Shown in pieces: positions 1 to 9,743 of a stretch of 64,000 bases of DNA; position 1 is the first letter of the stretch; every line of letters begins with the position of its first letter. The notes beneath the pieces were generated by a model that worked only from the letters and a program-made list of their open reading frames with translations, searched no databases and was not told the DNA's origin. The stretch spans positions 11,641 through 75,640 of the forward strand of contig CAUJHR010000023.1 of assembly GCA_963205195.1 (NCBI GenBank), written 5' to 3'. The translations under genes were made by a program, and so were the position numbers. The stretch comes from Pseudomonadota bacterium. GTDB lineage: Bacteria > Pseudomonadota > Alphaproteobacteria > Rickettsiales > SXRF01.

Positions 1-1
1 A

Positions 2-172
2 TTTAATCGCTTGATGGTAGCGCAGGATACAGGTGGGGCTATACGCTCGCCTGTTCGGGCCGATATATTTTTCGGTGCTGGCGATGAGGCTGAATATCTC
101 GCCGGATATATGAAAAATTACGGTGTTTACAGCCTGCTTGTTCCCAAAGAAATTGTTTCCCAATTGCCATGA
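2..172 (+). CDS. mltA: Membrane-bound lytic murein transglycosylase A, C-terminal fragment (5' end outside window)
   Basis: Frame-2 translation reads FNRLMVAQDTGGAIRSPVRADIFFGAGDEAEYLAGYMKNYGVYSLLVPKEIVSQLP*. The AQDTGGAI...R.D.F.G.G..A...AG motif is the MltA 3D-domain C-terminus. Stop TGA at 170-172. mltA followed by smr is a common alphaproteobacterial arrangement. Confidence 0.6.
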   Translation, partial: FNRLMVAQDTGGAIRSPVRADIFFGAGDEAEYLAGYMKNYGVYSLLVPKEIVSQLP

Positions 173-182
173 GAACAATGAT

Positions 183-692
183 ATGGTTCGCAAACGCAGC
201 TTAACTGAAGAAGAAAAGCTTTTATGGAAATATGTAACCAGGAATGATACCCCGCTGGTAATAGGCATGGTTGAGGAAGAAATAATAAAACCGGAAAAAA
301 CCAAAATAGCAAAACCTCCCGTGGAAAAAACACAGCCAAAAAATCAACCCCCAAAAACTAAATCTAAAGGCGATTATTCGGGAATTGATAAAAATACTGC
401 TACTCGGTTTAAAAGAGGTGAATCTCCAATTGATGCAACTCTGGACCTTCATGGCATGACCCAGCTAAAAGCCCATAGCGCATTTATTTCTTTCTTCCAA
501 AAGCATCTTAAGGCAGATAGCCGCCGTTTATTGGTGATTACCGGGAAGGGAAGCGGTATATTGCAGCAGGCATTTCCTAAATGGCTGGATTCGCCAGACA
601 TAAGCGGGCACGTACTGGCTTATGACGAAGCGAAAGCAAAGCATGGAGGTAGTGGCGCTTATTATATTCTGCTGAAACGGAAACGAAAATAA
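183..692 (+). CDS. Smr (MutS2-related small) domain protein
   Basis: C-terminal region LDLHGMTQLKAHSAFISFFQKHLKADSRRLLVITGKG...GGSGAYYILL is a typical Smr domain. I chose ATG 183 (MVRKRSL...) because the track start at 123 overlaps the mltA tail. Confidence 0.8.
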   Translation: MVRKRSLTEEEKLLWKYVTRNDTPLVIGMVEEEIIKPEKTKIAKPPVEKTQPKNQPPKTKSKGDYSGIDKNTATRFKRGESPIDATLDLHGMTQLKAHSAFISFFQKHLKADSRRLLVITGKGSGILQQAFPKWLDSPDISGHVLAYDEAKAKHGGSGAYYILLKRKRK

Positions 693-1388
693 ATGGCTCA
701 TGATAAACCGCATATACTGGTTGTGGACGATGATGACCGCTTGCGCGCCCTTCTCAGTAAGTATTTAAATGAACAGGGTTTTTTGGTAACGGCTGCAGCC
801 AGTGCCAAGGAAGCGCGCGGGAAACTGACCGCTTTTATTTTTGACCTTCTGATACTTGATGTAATGATGCCGGGTGAAACTGGCCTTGAACTGCTTGCTT
901 CGCTTAAAGGAAGTAATACACCGGTACTTATGCTGTCGGCAATGGGTGAATCGGAAGACAGGATAAGTGGCCTGGAGCTGGGTGCAGAAGATTACCTTAC
1001 CAAACCTTTTGAACCAAAAGAGCTGGTTTTACGAATCCGCGCTATACTTCGCCGGGTTACTACACAGGAAGAAAAAGCACAAATAGTAAAATTTGGAGCT
1101 TTCAGTTTTGATCTTTCTAATTCGCAATTGAAACGCGACGGCGAGCTTGTTTACCTTACCTCCAATGAGGCCATGCTGCTTAAATTCCTGGCACAGCAGG
1201 CAGGAAGCCCGGTTTCACGCGAAGAGCTTTCCAGGCTTATGCCCAGCAGTGGCAATGAACGCAGCATAGATGTGCAGATGGTAAGGCTTCGTAAGAAGAT
1301 CGAAGAAAATGACAGCAAGCCGCTTTATATACAGACAATACGTGGGGCAGGCTATGTTCTATACGCGCAGGCCACGGGTATATTATGA
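693..1388 (+). CDS. OmpR-family two-component response regulator
   Basis: Receiver motifs ILVVDDDDRLR, LLILDVMMPG and KPFEPKEL, followed by a winged-helix C-terminus (MVRLRKKIE...IQTIRGAGYVL). The 4-bp overlap with the downstream kinase suggests translational coupling. Confidence 0.9.
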   Translation: MAHDKPHILVVDDDDRLRALLSKYLNEQGFLVTAAASAKEARGKLTAFIFDLLILDVMMPGETGLELLASLKGSNTPVLMLSAMGESEDRISGLELGAEDYLTKPFEPKELVLRIRAILRRVTTQEEKAQIVKFGAFSFDLSNSQLKRDGELVYLTSNEAMLLKFLAQQAGSPVSREELSRLMPSSGNERSIDVQMVRLRKKIEENDSKPLYIQTIRGAGYVLYAQATGIL

Positions 1389-2701
1389 AAAAAGCATATT
1401 TGCCTAAAAGCCTTTTTTTACGCTCCCTGCTGATACTGGTTTTGCCGACTCTGCTTATTCAAATGGTAACCGCATATATCTTTTTTGACCGGCACTGGGA
1501 TAATGTAATGCGTCACATGTCCGGCTCCCTTGCCGGAGAGGTGGGATTCCTGATAAACCAGCTTAAAGATGTTTCTGATAAGAAAAAACCGGCTGTGGTA
1601 AGCGAATTTGAACAGGCAACAGGTATTGGGGTTTATTTTGAGCCGCCCGAATCCTTTAACCCCAAAAAAACTTCTTCTGATTTTCCTGAATTCCAGGAAT
1701 TACTGCACAGCAAGATTTCCGAGCCTTTTACTATCGCCAAAATCAAGGACGGGGCTTATATAGAGATCCGCATCCTCCTTCCCAAGCAGGCATTCAGGAT
1801 AGTTGCCAGCACGAAGCGCTTAGACAGCAGTACCACTACAATTTTCATGGCATGGATGCTTGGCGCATCCGTATTGTTCCTGGTAATTGCGATTATATTC
1901 TTGCGTAATCAGATACGGCCCATAACCCGTCTTGCCATTGCTGCTGATAATTTCGGGCGCGGGGTGGATACGCCGAATTTCCGTCCCCATGGTGCAACAG
2001 AAGTACGCAAGGCGGCGCGGGCATTTATTGTAATGCGCGAGCGTATACGCCGCCAGATACGCACCCGTACCGATATGCTGGCAGGGATTTCGCATGACCT
2101 GCGTACACCACTTACGCGCATGAAGCTCCAGCTTGCCATGCTTCCTGCTGATGTTATTAACCGCGATGATATGCGCGACGCTCTTATAGAGCTTAATGAT
2201 GATGTCCAGCAGATGCAGCATATGGTGCAGGAATATCTGGATTTTGCCCGTAATGAAAGCCGTGAGGATACGGTACGTATCAGGCTTGGCGAATTACTGG
2301 AAGATGTGGTCAGCGATTATACACGCATGAAACAGGATGTAACTATTTCCCTTAAAGATGATATGGAAATTGAGCTTCGTATAAGCCCATGCCGCAGGAT
2401 GTTGCACAACCTGATCGATAACGCACTGCGTTATGGAAAAAGCTGCCGTATAACCATGCAGGCATCAGGAAGCTATGCTGAAATATTTATCGACGATGAT
2501 GGTCCGGGCATACCGCAGGAAAAACGCGAAGAAGTATTCAAGCCTTTTAACCGCCTTGAGCCATCGCGTAATAATAAAACCGGTGGAGTAGGGCTGGGTC
2601 TTACAATTGCCCGCGATATTGTTTTGGCGCATGGCGGTTCTATAATTCTTGATGCTTCACCTTCGGGCGGGCTTCGTGTATTAATACGCCTGCCCTTATA
2701 A
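1385..2701 (+). CDS. EnvZ-like sensor histidine kinase
   Basis: Two TM segments, a HAMP-like region, H-box GISHDLRTPLTRM, N-box LIDNALRYG, G-boxes DDDGPGIP and GGVGLGLTIA. Confidence 0.9.
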   Translation: MKKAYLPKSLFLRSLLILVLPTLLIQMVTAYIFFDRHWDNVMRHMSGSLAGEVGFLINQLKDVSDKKKPAVVSEFEQATGIGVYFEPPESFNPKKTSSDFPEFQELLHSKISEPFTIAKIKDGAYIEIRILLPKQAFRIVASTKRLDSSTTTIFMAWMLGASVLFLVIAIIFLRNQIRPITRLAIAADNFGRGVDTPNFRPHGATEVRKAARAFIVMRERIRRQIRTRTDMLAGISHDLRTPLTRMKLQLAMLPADVINRDDMRDALIELNDDVQQMQHMVQEYLDFARNESREDTVRIRLGELLEDVVSDYTRMKQDVTISLKDDMEIELRISPCRRMLHNLIDNALRYGKSCRITMQASGSYAEIFIDDDGPGIPQEKREEVFKPFNRLEPSRNNKTGGVGLGLTIARDIVLAHGGSIILDASPSGGLRVLIRLPL

Positions 2702-2714
2702 ACAGGATTGCACT

Positions 2715-2993
2715 ATGGCGCTATTTTTATTTCGTTTTTACCCGGTATTGTTGCCTTTACTACTATATTCGCTATGGCACTGGCTTGCCGTAAGGCGCGC
2801 ACGCAAGAATGGCAGCCCTATGCCGCGTTTTCGTGATGGGCCTATATTCATGCTGCTTATGGCGAGCCTGGGGATAGCGGCTTTGTGCTTTCTGGCGCTT
2901 GGTTTTTCGGCTACTGAAGATAATAATAAAGGCAGTTATATACCACCGCACATGGAAGGTGGGAAAATTGTCGGTGGTCAGGTCAGGCCATGA
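2715..2993 (+). CDS. Small membrane protein, function unknown
   Basis: 92 aa with two hydrophobic helices (FYPVLLPLLLYSLWHWL and IFMLLMASLGIAALCFLALGF). The stop overlaps the cca start (ATGA). No recognisable motif. Confidence 0.5.
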   Translation: MALFLFRFYPVLLPLLLYSLWHWLAVRRARKNGSPMPRFRDGPIFMLLMASLGIAALCFLALGFSATEDNNKGSYIPPHMEGGKIVGGQVRP

Positions 2994-4171
2994 AATTATC
3001 ACCAGAATGGTTAAACTGGCTTCCAACGCAAAAATTGCTGGAGGCCTTTGGAAATGATGGCAGAAAACTTCGTTTTGTAGGCGGCGCAGTCAGGGATTCA
3101 TTGCTCGGTATAGAAGTAGTGGACATTGACGCTGCAACCAGTCTTTTACCTTCCCAAGTACAGGAATTGCTGGAAAAATCCAAAATACGCTGCATTCCAA
3201 CTGGCATTAAACATGGCACTGTAACCGCTCTGGTAGATGATAGGAGTTTTGAAATAACAACCCTGCGCCGTGATATTTCCTGCGATGGCCGTCACGCTGA
3301 GGTAGAATTTACCAGTGACTGGCATGAGGATGCCATGCGCCGCGACTTTACCATGAATGCCCTTTACTTGGCACCAGATGGCGAACTATTTGATTATACG
3401 GGCGGCATAGAAGATGTAAAATCTGGCAGTGTGCGCTTCATAGGTGATGCTAAAGAGCGTATAGCTGAAGATTATTTGCGGATTTTACGTCTTTTCCGTT
3501 TTTATGCCTATTATGGAAAACAACATCTTGAGGCTGTGTCACTTGCTGCCTGCAAGGAAGCCGCCCCTCAAATCAATAGTCTTTCTGGTGAACGCATCCA
3601 GCATGAAATGCTTAAACTGCTTACGGCGCAAGCGCCATTTTCTGCCATTGCGCTTATGCAGGATATAAAAATTATCCCCCATGTTTTTGGGTTTTCTATT
3701 AATTTAAAGGAACAGATTACACAATTGAAAAGCGCGCAGTTGCGCCTTGCTTATTTGCTGCTTTGTGCAGGAATTCCTGCAGCTGATGCACTAAAAATAC
3801 TATCAGTCCGTTGGAAGCTGTCTAACGAATTTAAAAAATTATTAGAGCTTCTTATAAGTCATATTGATGATATATACCCCTCTATTTCCATAGCAGGGCA
3901 GAAACATCTGATCCGTACATTAGGCAAAGAAATTTTTACTTCTCTGGTTATGCTTAAAACCGCACTTGCAGAAGATATAAACTATGCATCTATGCTTGAA
4001 CTGGCAGCAGGCTGGCAAATACCAATCATGCCGGTTACAGGCTCGGATTTACTTGAAAAAGGAATAGCACAAGGCAAGGAGCTTGGGCAAAAGCTTAAGC
4101 AGATGGAAATATTATGGGAAAAAAGTAATTATGAATTGGATAGGGAAGAGCTTTTGAAAAATTTAAAATAG
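2990..4171 (+). CDS. cca: CCA tRNA nucleotidyltransferase / poly(A) polymerase family
   Basis: N-terminal motif FVGGAVRDSLLG...VDIDAAT and the RRDFTMNAL motif of class II nucleotidyltransferases. Confidence 0.85.
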   Translation: MKLSPEWLNWLPTQKLLEAFGNDGRKLRFVGGAVRDSLLGIEVVDIDAATSLLPSQVQELLEKSKIRCIPTGIKHGTVTALVDDRSFEITTLRRDISCDGRHAEVEFTSDWHEDAMRRDFTMNALYLAPDGELFDYTGGIEDVKSGSVRFIGDAKERIAEDYLRILRLFRFYAYYGKQHLEAVSLAACKEAAPQINSLSGERIQHEMLKLLTAQAPFSAIALMQDIKIIPHVFGFSINLKEQITQLKSAQLRLAYLLLCAGIPAADALKILSVRWKLSNEFKKLLELLISHIDDIYPSISIAGQKHLIRTLGKEIFTSLVMLKTALAEDINYASMLELAAGWQIPIMPVTGSDLLEKGIAQGKELGQKLKQMEILWEKSNYELDREELLKNLK

Positions 4172-4903
4172 CTATTTGTCTATATTTTCTGCTGCTGCTT
4201 CCGGGTCATCAACTGCGTTTTCTTCCAGAGCGTAACCCGCAGAGCGCACCGTACGGATGAGGTCAGGCTGCTTGCCGTCATAATCAAGCCCTTTACGCAG
4301 GCGGCGTACATGCACATCCACAGTGCGTAGCTCTACATAAATATCATGTCCCCATACTGCATCCAGCAACTGCTCGCGTGAAAATACCCGCGCCGGGTGC
4401 TCAAGCAGGTAACGTAGCAGGGAAAACTCGGTAGGGCTTAAATGTACTTCCATATCATTGCGCGTGACCTTATGCCCGGCCACATCCATTTTGATCCCTG
4501 CGAAAGAAAGTATCTTTTCAGAAAGTGCAGGGCGGAAACGGCGGAACACGGCACGGATGCGGGCAATAAGTTCGGCAGGCGAAAAAGGTTTAACGAGATA
4601 ATCGTCAGCACCGGCATCAAGCCCTTTGATGCGGTCACTTTCCTCACCGCGCGCCGAAAGCATTATAATTGGGATACCTTTAGTATCCTGGTTCCAGCGT
4701 AATTGCTTGCAGATATCAATTCCTGACATGGAAGGAAGCATCCAATCCAGCACTATAATATCTGGTTTGTAATCCTTGACCATACCGATGGCCTCTTCGC
4801 CATCCCCGGTGGAAAATACCCGGAATCCCTCGCGCTCTAGATTGTAGCGAAGTAAGGTAACGATGGCGATTTCATCTTCAACAATTAAAACCGATATTTC
4901 CAA
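4172..4903 (-). CDS. phoB: PhoB-like OmpR-family response regulator
   Basis: VLIVEDEIAIVTLLRYNLEREGF, IIVLDWMLPSMSGIDICKQLR, VKPFSPAEL and winged helix VDVHVRRLRKGL...IRTVRSAGYAL. Apparent TTG start with AGGAA 7 nt upstream. No phoR or pst genes adjacent. Confidence 0.8.
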   Translation of the reverse strand: MEISVLIVEDEIAIVTLLRYNLEREGFRVFSTGDGEEAIGMVKDYKPDIIVLDWMLPSMSGIDICKQLRWNQDTKGIPIIMLSARGEESDRIKGLDAGADDYLVKPFSPAELIARIRAVFRRFRPALSEKILSFAGIKMDVAGHKVTRNDMEVHLSPTEFSLLRYLLEHPARVFSREQLLDAVWGHDIYVELRTVDVHVRRLRKGLDYDGKQPDLIRTVRSAGYALEENAVDDPEAAAENIDK

Positions 4904-5002
4904 ACTGGCTATTCCTAAATTTATACTATATCTAAATAAGCTAGACTAGCAGTGTAACATAATATTATTTATAGGCAATAGTGGTTAATAAAAGGCAAAT
5001 AT

Positions 5003-5542
5003 ATGGACCATAAATTTAAAATAGCCCTTGATATAGGGCCTTTAGCGGTATTTTTCCTTGCTTATAAATTTGCCGGGGTTTACGCCGCGACTGTTGCAAT
5101 CATGCTGGCAACTTTTTTATCCCTTAGTATAACATATTGTTTGGAAAAGAAAATATCTCCAATGCCGTTAATTTCAGGCATAGTGATCGCTATTTTTGGG
5201 ATGCTTACCATAATTTTCCATAATGAGGAATTTATAAAAATGAAGCCTACTATGGTTAATATTATATTTGCATCCATATTACTGGGTGGCCTTTATTTCA
5301 AAAGGCCTTTATTGAAATATGCCCTTGGAAGCGCACTTGTGCTTAGCGATAAGGGCTGGGAGGTTTTATCACTGCGCTGGGGGCTTTTTTTCCTTTTCCT
5401 TGCGGGACTTAATGAATTTATCTGGCGTAATTTCCCCACTGATTTCTGGGTTAATTTCAAAGTATTCGGCATGCTGACCCTGACCATGGTATTTTCCCTG
5501 CTGCAATTGCCGCTTATAAAAAAATACGGCAGGAATGATTAG
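5003..5542 (+). CDS. yciB: Intracellular septation protein A (YciB/IspZ family)
   Basis: 179-aa polytopic membrane protein. The N-terminus (LDIGPLAVFFLAYKF), the KPTMVN motif and the size are typical of YciB. Confidence 0.85.
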   Translation: MDHKFKIALDIGPLAVFFLAYKFAGVYAATVAIMLATFLSLSITYCLEKKISPMPLISGIVIAIFGMLTIIFHNEEFIKMKPTMVNIIFASILLGGLYFKRPLLKYALGSALVLSDKGWEVLSLRWGLFFLFLAGLNEFIWRNFPTDFWVNFKVFGMLTLTMVFSLLQLPLIKKYGRND

Positions 5543-5632
5543 GAAACCCTCGGAAGCCGGGTATTTGTAAGCATTAATAAATAATTAAGCTGTACCAGCT
5601 ATAATTATTTTTTTCAATTGCTTAGGCATTAT

Positions 5633-6511
5633 ATGAATCCTCGCCGACATTCAGGCTTCACGCTCATCGAACTCTCCATAGTTCTGGTAATTATAGGACT
5701 GATTATAGGCGGCATTTTGGTTGGGAAGGATTTGATTGTTGCAGCGGCAAACCGGTCTTATATTTCCCAATTGGAAAAATATAACACGGCAACCAATGCC
5801 TTTAAGCTCAAATATGGATGCCTGCCCGGTGACTGTGCAATTGCCACCAAGATAGGGCTGCAAGATGATGGCGATGGCAATGGTTATGTTTCCGGTCTGC
5901 AGGGCTGGCCAAGCAATAACCTTTTTGATTCAAAAATTACCGCAACAGATGTTACTACTGTTGTGCAGTTAGACTGCTGTAATGGGGAAGAAGGGCAGCA
6001 TTATTGGGATCATTTGCGTATGTCGCATTTTATACCCGAATATAATAATACTTTGATGGTCGCAGACGGCGTAGGCGCTGGTATGCCATTGCCAGCAGCT
6101 AAAAATGATGGTTCTGGAATAGTTCTAGTGGCTTGGAACGGCAAGCATTATTTCCGCTCCGGCGCAAGGATGACGCACTTAGGTGGCAACGTATTATGGT
6201 CACTGAATTTCTCGCCAATTGATGCCAATTATATATATAATAAATTAAGCGGGTCCTCCATAACCACAACCAATACCTATGGCGGCCTTAACCCTGATAA
6301 CCTTGGAAAGGACCGTGTGTTTATCAGCGGAACTATAAACGCATGGCAATATTCCGGTGTATGGTACGACACTACATTCTGGAGCTTCCAAAGCCAGGGC
6401 ACGGGAGGGGCAACTGCTGATTATTGCGTTGATACCAGCACCACCCCGGCAAGGTTTAATATGCGAAATACCAAAATCCTATGTGGGCTTATCATCCAGG
6501 CGGATTTTTAA
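5633..6511 (+). CDS. Prepilin-type N-terminal cleavage/methylation domain protein (type IV pilin / pseudopilin-like) with a large C-terminal domain
   Basis: Class III signal MNPRRHSG|FTLIELSIVLVIIGLIIGGIL: short basic leader, G at -1, F at +1, E at +5, hydrophobic helix. This is followed by about 260 aa of a Cys-containing domain I cannot assign. ATG 5633 is preferred over the track start at 5618. Confidence 0.7.
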   Translation: MNPRRHSGFTLIELSIVLVIIGLIIGGILVGKDLIVAAANRSYISQLEKYNTATNAFKLKYGCLPGDCAIATKIGLQDDGDGNGYVSGLQGWPSNNLFDSKITATDVTTVVQLDCCNGEEGQHYWDHLRMSHFIPEYNNTLMVADGVGAGMPLPAAKNDGSGIVLVAWNGKHYFRSGARMTHLGGNVLWSLNFSPIDANYIYNKLSGSSITTTNTYGGLNPDNLGKDRVFISGTINAWQYSGVWYDTTFWSFQSQGTGGATADYCVDTSTTPARFNMRNTKILCGLIIQADF

Positions 6512-6512
6512 T

Positions 6513-7775
6513 TTAAACCGCCTGCCACGCTATGTCGCGGCGGCAGAAGCCTTGTGGCCATTCGATGAGGTCAACAGCTTTATAGGCTAGTTCCTGCGCC
6601 TCTTTTATTGTGTGGCCCAACGCCGTAACGCCCAGAACCCGCCCGCCAACGCTTATTATATTGCCGTCTTTTTCCGCAGTTCCGGCATGGAATATTTTAA
6701 CACCGGGTAATGAGGCAGCTTTTTTAAGACCGCTTATCACGCTGCCTTTTTCATAAGTACCCGGATAGCCCTTGGCGCATATCACCACGCAAACAGCAGA
6801 TTGTTTCGAAAGTGAAATAAATTTCTCATCAACTTTGCCATTGGCGCAGGAAAGCAGCAATTCGAAAAGATCGCCATCAAAACGCATCATCATTGACTGG
6901 GTTTCCGGGTCGCCGAAACGCACATTATATTCAAGCAGTTTTGCGCCATCTTTGGTAAGCATCAGGCCAGCGAATAATACTCCTGAAAATGAACAGCCTT
7001 CTTTTTCCATTGCCGTCATGGTGGGATTTATGATTTTTTCCATGACCTCCTTACGGATTGCGTCAGTAACCAGGGGAGCCGGGCTGTAAGTTCCCATACC
7101 GCCGGTATTAGGGCCTTTATCACCATCATAGACGCGTTTATGGTCCTGTGCGAAAGCGAATTCTACTGCTTTTTTACCATCGCAGACCGCAAAAAAACTT
7201 GCCTCGCGCCCTTCTAAAAATTCCTCGATAACCACCTGCGAACCGGCAGAGCCAAATTCACCAGAAAACATATCTTCAACCGCCAGCACAGCCTCTTTTT
7301 TGCTTTCAGCGATAATAACCCCTTTGCCTGCGGCCAGCCCGTCCGCTTTTACCACTATCTTCTGGAAATTGCGGCTATCCAGAAAAGCCAGCGCTTCTTT
7401 TTTATCGGAGAAAAAACCATAAGCAGCAGTTGGGATACTGTATTTCCTGCATAAATCTTTCATGAAACCTTTGGACGCTTCAAGCTGCGCTGCTGCCTTG
7501 CTGGGGCCAAATACCGGGATATTTTCGAGCTTGAGACGGTCAGTCAGTCCATCTACCAGCGGCTGTTCAGGGCCGATAACGACCAATGCGATATTTTCTG
7601 ACTTGCAAAAATCCACCACAGCATCTGTGCCATTTAAATTCAAACAGGTTGCGTCAGCAGCGATCCCGGCATTACCGGGGGCGCAGAATATAGCAGAAAC
7701 GCTGGGCGACTGCTTGAGCCGCCAGCACAGCGCGTGTTCACGCCCACCGCCGCCAATTACCAGAACTTTGTTCAT
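6513..7775 (-). CDS. purD: Phosphoribosylamine-glycine ligase
   Basis: MNKVLVIGGGGREHALCWRL..., an ATP-grasp core and GGMGTYSP, full length at 420 aa. Confidence 0.95.
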   Translation of the reverse strand: MNKVLVIGGGGREHALCWRLKQSPSVSAIFCAPGNAGIAADATCLNLNGTDAVVDFCKSENIALVVIGPEQPLVDGLTDRLKLENIPVFGPSKAAAQLEASKGFMKDLCRKYSIPTAAYGFFSDKKEALAFLDSRNFQKIVVKADGLAAGKGVIIAESKKEAVLAVEDMFSGEFGSAGSQVVIEEFLEGREASFFAVCDGKKAVEFAFAQDHKRVYDGDKGPNTGGMGTYSPAPLVTDAIRKEVMEKIINPTMTAMEKEGCSFSGVLFAGLMLTKDGAKLLEYNVRFGDPETQSMMMRFDGDLFELLLSCANGKVDEKFISLSKQSAVCVVICAKGYPGTYEKGSVISGLKKAASLPGVKIFHAGTAEKDGNIISVGGRVLGVTALGHTIKEAQELAYKAVDLIEWPQGFCRRDIAWQAV

Positions 7776-7816
7776 TTTATCTACCTTTATATGAATTTGC
7801 CTGTTATATACAGCCT

Positions 7817-8377
7817 ATGGCAGTCATTTCCAATACAATATTAGCCTTTTCCATGTCGGCAGACGCGTTTGCGGCCTCTGTGGGCAAAGGAGTTGCCCTA
7901 AGAAAGCCGAGGATTATCCAGTCTTTGCGTATTGGTGCTATATTTGGCGGCATCGAAGCTGTAACTCCAGTAATAGGATGGGCAATAGGGCTTGCTGCCA
8001 GCAGTTTCATTCAGGCGGTTGACCATTGGGTTGCCTTTACCATCCTCGCGATTGTCGGCGGGAAAATGATATATGAGGGAATCTATGGGCAGCACGAAGA
8101 AAAAAAAGAATCGCATAAACTGGGCATACTTGTGCTAACAGCCATAGGCACGAGTATTGACGCTTTGGCAGTCGGCGTAAGCCTTGCGCTTATTGATGTA
8201 AATATCATCACCATGGCGCTTATGATCGGAGGCGCAACCTTTGTGATGTCTACAATAGGTATAATGACTGGCCACTATATAGGTAAGAAAGCCGGGAAAA
8301 TCGCTGAAATAGGCGGCGGCTTCTGCCTGATAGGTATAGGAGCAAAAATACTCCTCGAACATCTGGGATATATATAA
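7817..8377 (+). CDS. mntP: Manganese efflux pump MntP
   Basis: 186 aa with six hydrophobic segments and the duplicated DAFA/DALAVG motif (SMSADAFAASVGKG and GTSIDALAVGVSL) characteristic of MntP/YebN. Confidence 0.85.
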   Translation: MAVISNTILAFSMSADAFAASVGKGVALRKPRIIQSLRIGAIFGGIEAVTPVIGWAIGLAASSFIQAVDHWVAFTILAIVGGKMIYEGIYGQHEEKKESHKLGILVLTAIGTSIDALAVGVSLALIDVNIITMALMIGGATFVMSTIGIMTGHYIGKKAGKIAEIGGGFCLIGIGAKILLEHLGYI

Positions 8378-9739
8378 ATGGAAAATTTCCCGGACTTCAA
8401 CCATAACCAGATAATCTATTCCATCAGTGAGGTGGCGCAGTCTATCAAGCGCATGGTGGAGGACCGTTTTGGCCGTGTGACACTGCGCGGCGAGATTTCG
8501 GGCTGGAAAGTCGCCAGTTCCGGCCATGTATATTTCCGCCTGAAGGATGATTCTGCATGTATTGATGCGGTGTGCTGGAAAGGGTCGGTAGGGAAATTCA
8601 CTTTCAAACCTGAAGACGGGCTGGAGGTTGTGGCAACCGGAAAACTTACTACTTATCCTGGCAAATCATCATACCAGATCGTTGTCGATTCCATGCAGCC
8701 AGCCGGGGCAGGCGCACTTATGGCACTTCTGGAAAAACGCCGCAAGGCTTTGGAAGAGGAAGGGCTGTTTGCCGCTTCGCGTAAAAAGAAACTACCCTTC
8801 ATGCCGCAGGTGGTGGGCGTAATAACTTCACCAACCGGCGCGGTGATACGCGATATATTACACCGCATTTCCGAACGCTATCCAGTGCATGTGCTGGTTT
8901 TCCCAGTTGCTGTTCAGGGCGAGGGGGCAGCCGAGCAGATAGCAAATGCCATTACTTTCTTTAATTCACCTGATCTCGATACTCGAATCCCTAAACCAGA
9001 TTTACTTATAGTCGCTCGCGGCGGTGGTTCGATAGAGGATTTATGGGCATTCAATGAAGAGATCGTGGTGCGTGCCGCTGCTGCATCGCGCATCCCTCTT
9101 ATTTCCGCAGTGGGGCATGAAACCGATACCACTCTTATCGACCACGCGTCTGACATGCGTGCGCCAACCCCAACAGCGGCAGCGGAAATTGCTATTCCCG
9201 TTCTGTCCGAATTGCTGCTTGCGGTTAAGCAATTAGGGCTGCGCCATGATGCGGCTATTTTAAGGCTTGTTACACAGCGTAGCGAGCAGCTGCAAGGAAT
9301 GTCCAGAGGGTTGCCAAAGCCAGTACAATTGCTGCAAACAGCCAGCCAGCGGCTTGATGACTGGGGCGAAAGACTGCAAGGAATTTTACCCGCTTTCCTT
9401 TCACGTAAGGAGCAGCAGCTTATTATGCTCGCAGGCCATTTAAAGCCGCAATCATTACAGCTTGAAATAGCTAAAAAACAGGAGAGGCTTTTAGAGCTGC
9501 AATCGCGCCTGCAAGTCGGAGTTGCACGCAATATAGAAGCGCGTACGGAAAAATTTGCCAATCTTGCAAGCCTGCTTGAGAGCGTGAATTACAAGAAAAT
9601 TTTGGCACGCGGTTTTGCGCTTGTGAAAAGTGCGGATGGAAAGCTCGTAACCACTGTCTTAGAAGCTAAAAACCATAATGAGCTGGCAATTATTTTCTCC
9701 GATGGAGAAACATTGGTTTCCCTAAAGCCTGAAGCCTGA
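8378..9739 (+). CDS. xseA: Exodeoxyribonuclease VII large subunit
   Basis: OB-fold N-terminus (VTLRGEISGWKVASSGHVYFRLKD), catalytic core (IVARGGGSIEDLWAFNEE and SAVGHETDTTL) and a coiled-coil tail. Confidence 0.9.
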   Translation: MENFPDFNHNQIIYSISEVAQSIKRMVEDRFGRVTLRGEISGWKVASSGHVYFRLKDDSACIDAVCWKGSVGKFTFKPEDGLEVVATGKLTTYPGKSSYQIVVDSMQPAGAGALMALLEKRRKALEEEGLFAASRKKKLPFMPQVVGVITSPTGAVIRDILHRISERYPVHVLVFPVAVQGEGAAEQIANAITFFNSPDLDTRIPKPDLLIVARGGGSIEDLWAFNEEIVVRAAAASRIPLISAVGHETDTTLIDHASDMRAPTPTAAAEIAIPVLSELLLAVKQLGLRHDAAILRLVTQRSEQLQGMSRGLPKPVQLLQTASQRLDDWGERLQGILPAFLSRKEQQLIMLAGHLKPQSLQLEIAKKQERLLELQSRLQVGVARNIEARTEKFANLASLLESVNYKKILARGFALVKSADGKLVTTVLEAKNHNELAIIFSDGETLVSLKPEA

Positions 9740-9743
9740 AGCC

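Noticed and set aside
7776-7816. Possible yybP-ykoY manganese riboswitch upstream of mntP
   Set aside because: Only 41 nt separate the divergent purD and mntP start codons, which is far too short for the ~100-nt or longer riboswitch. No conserved riboswitch elements are seen.
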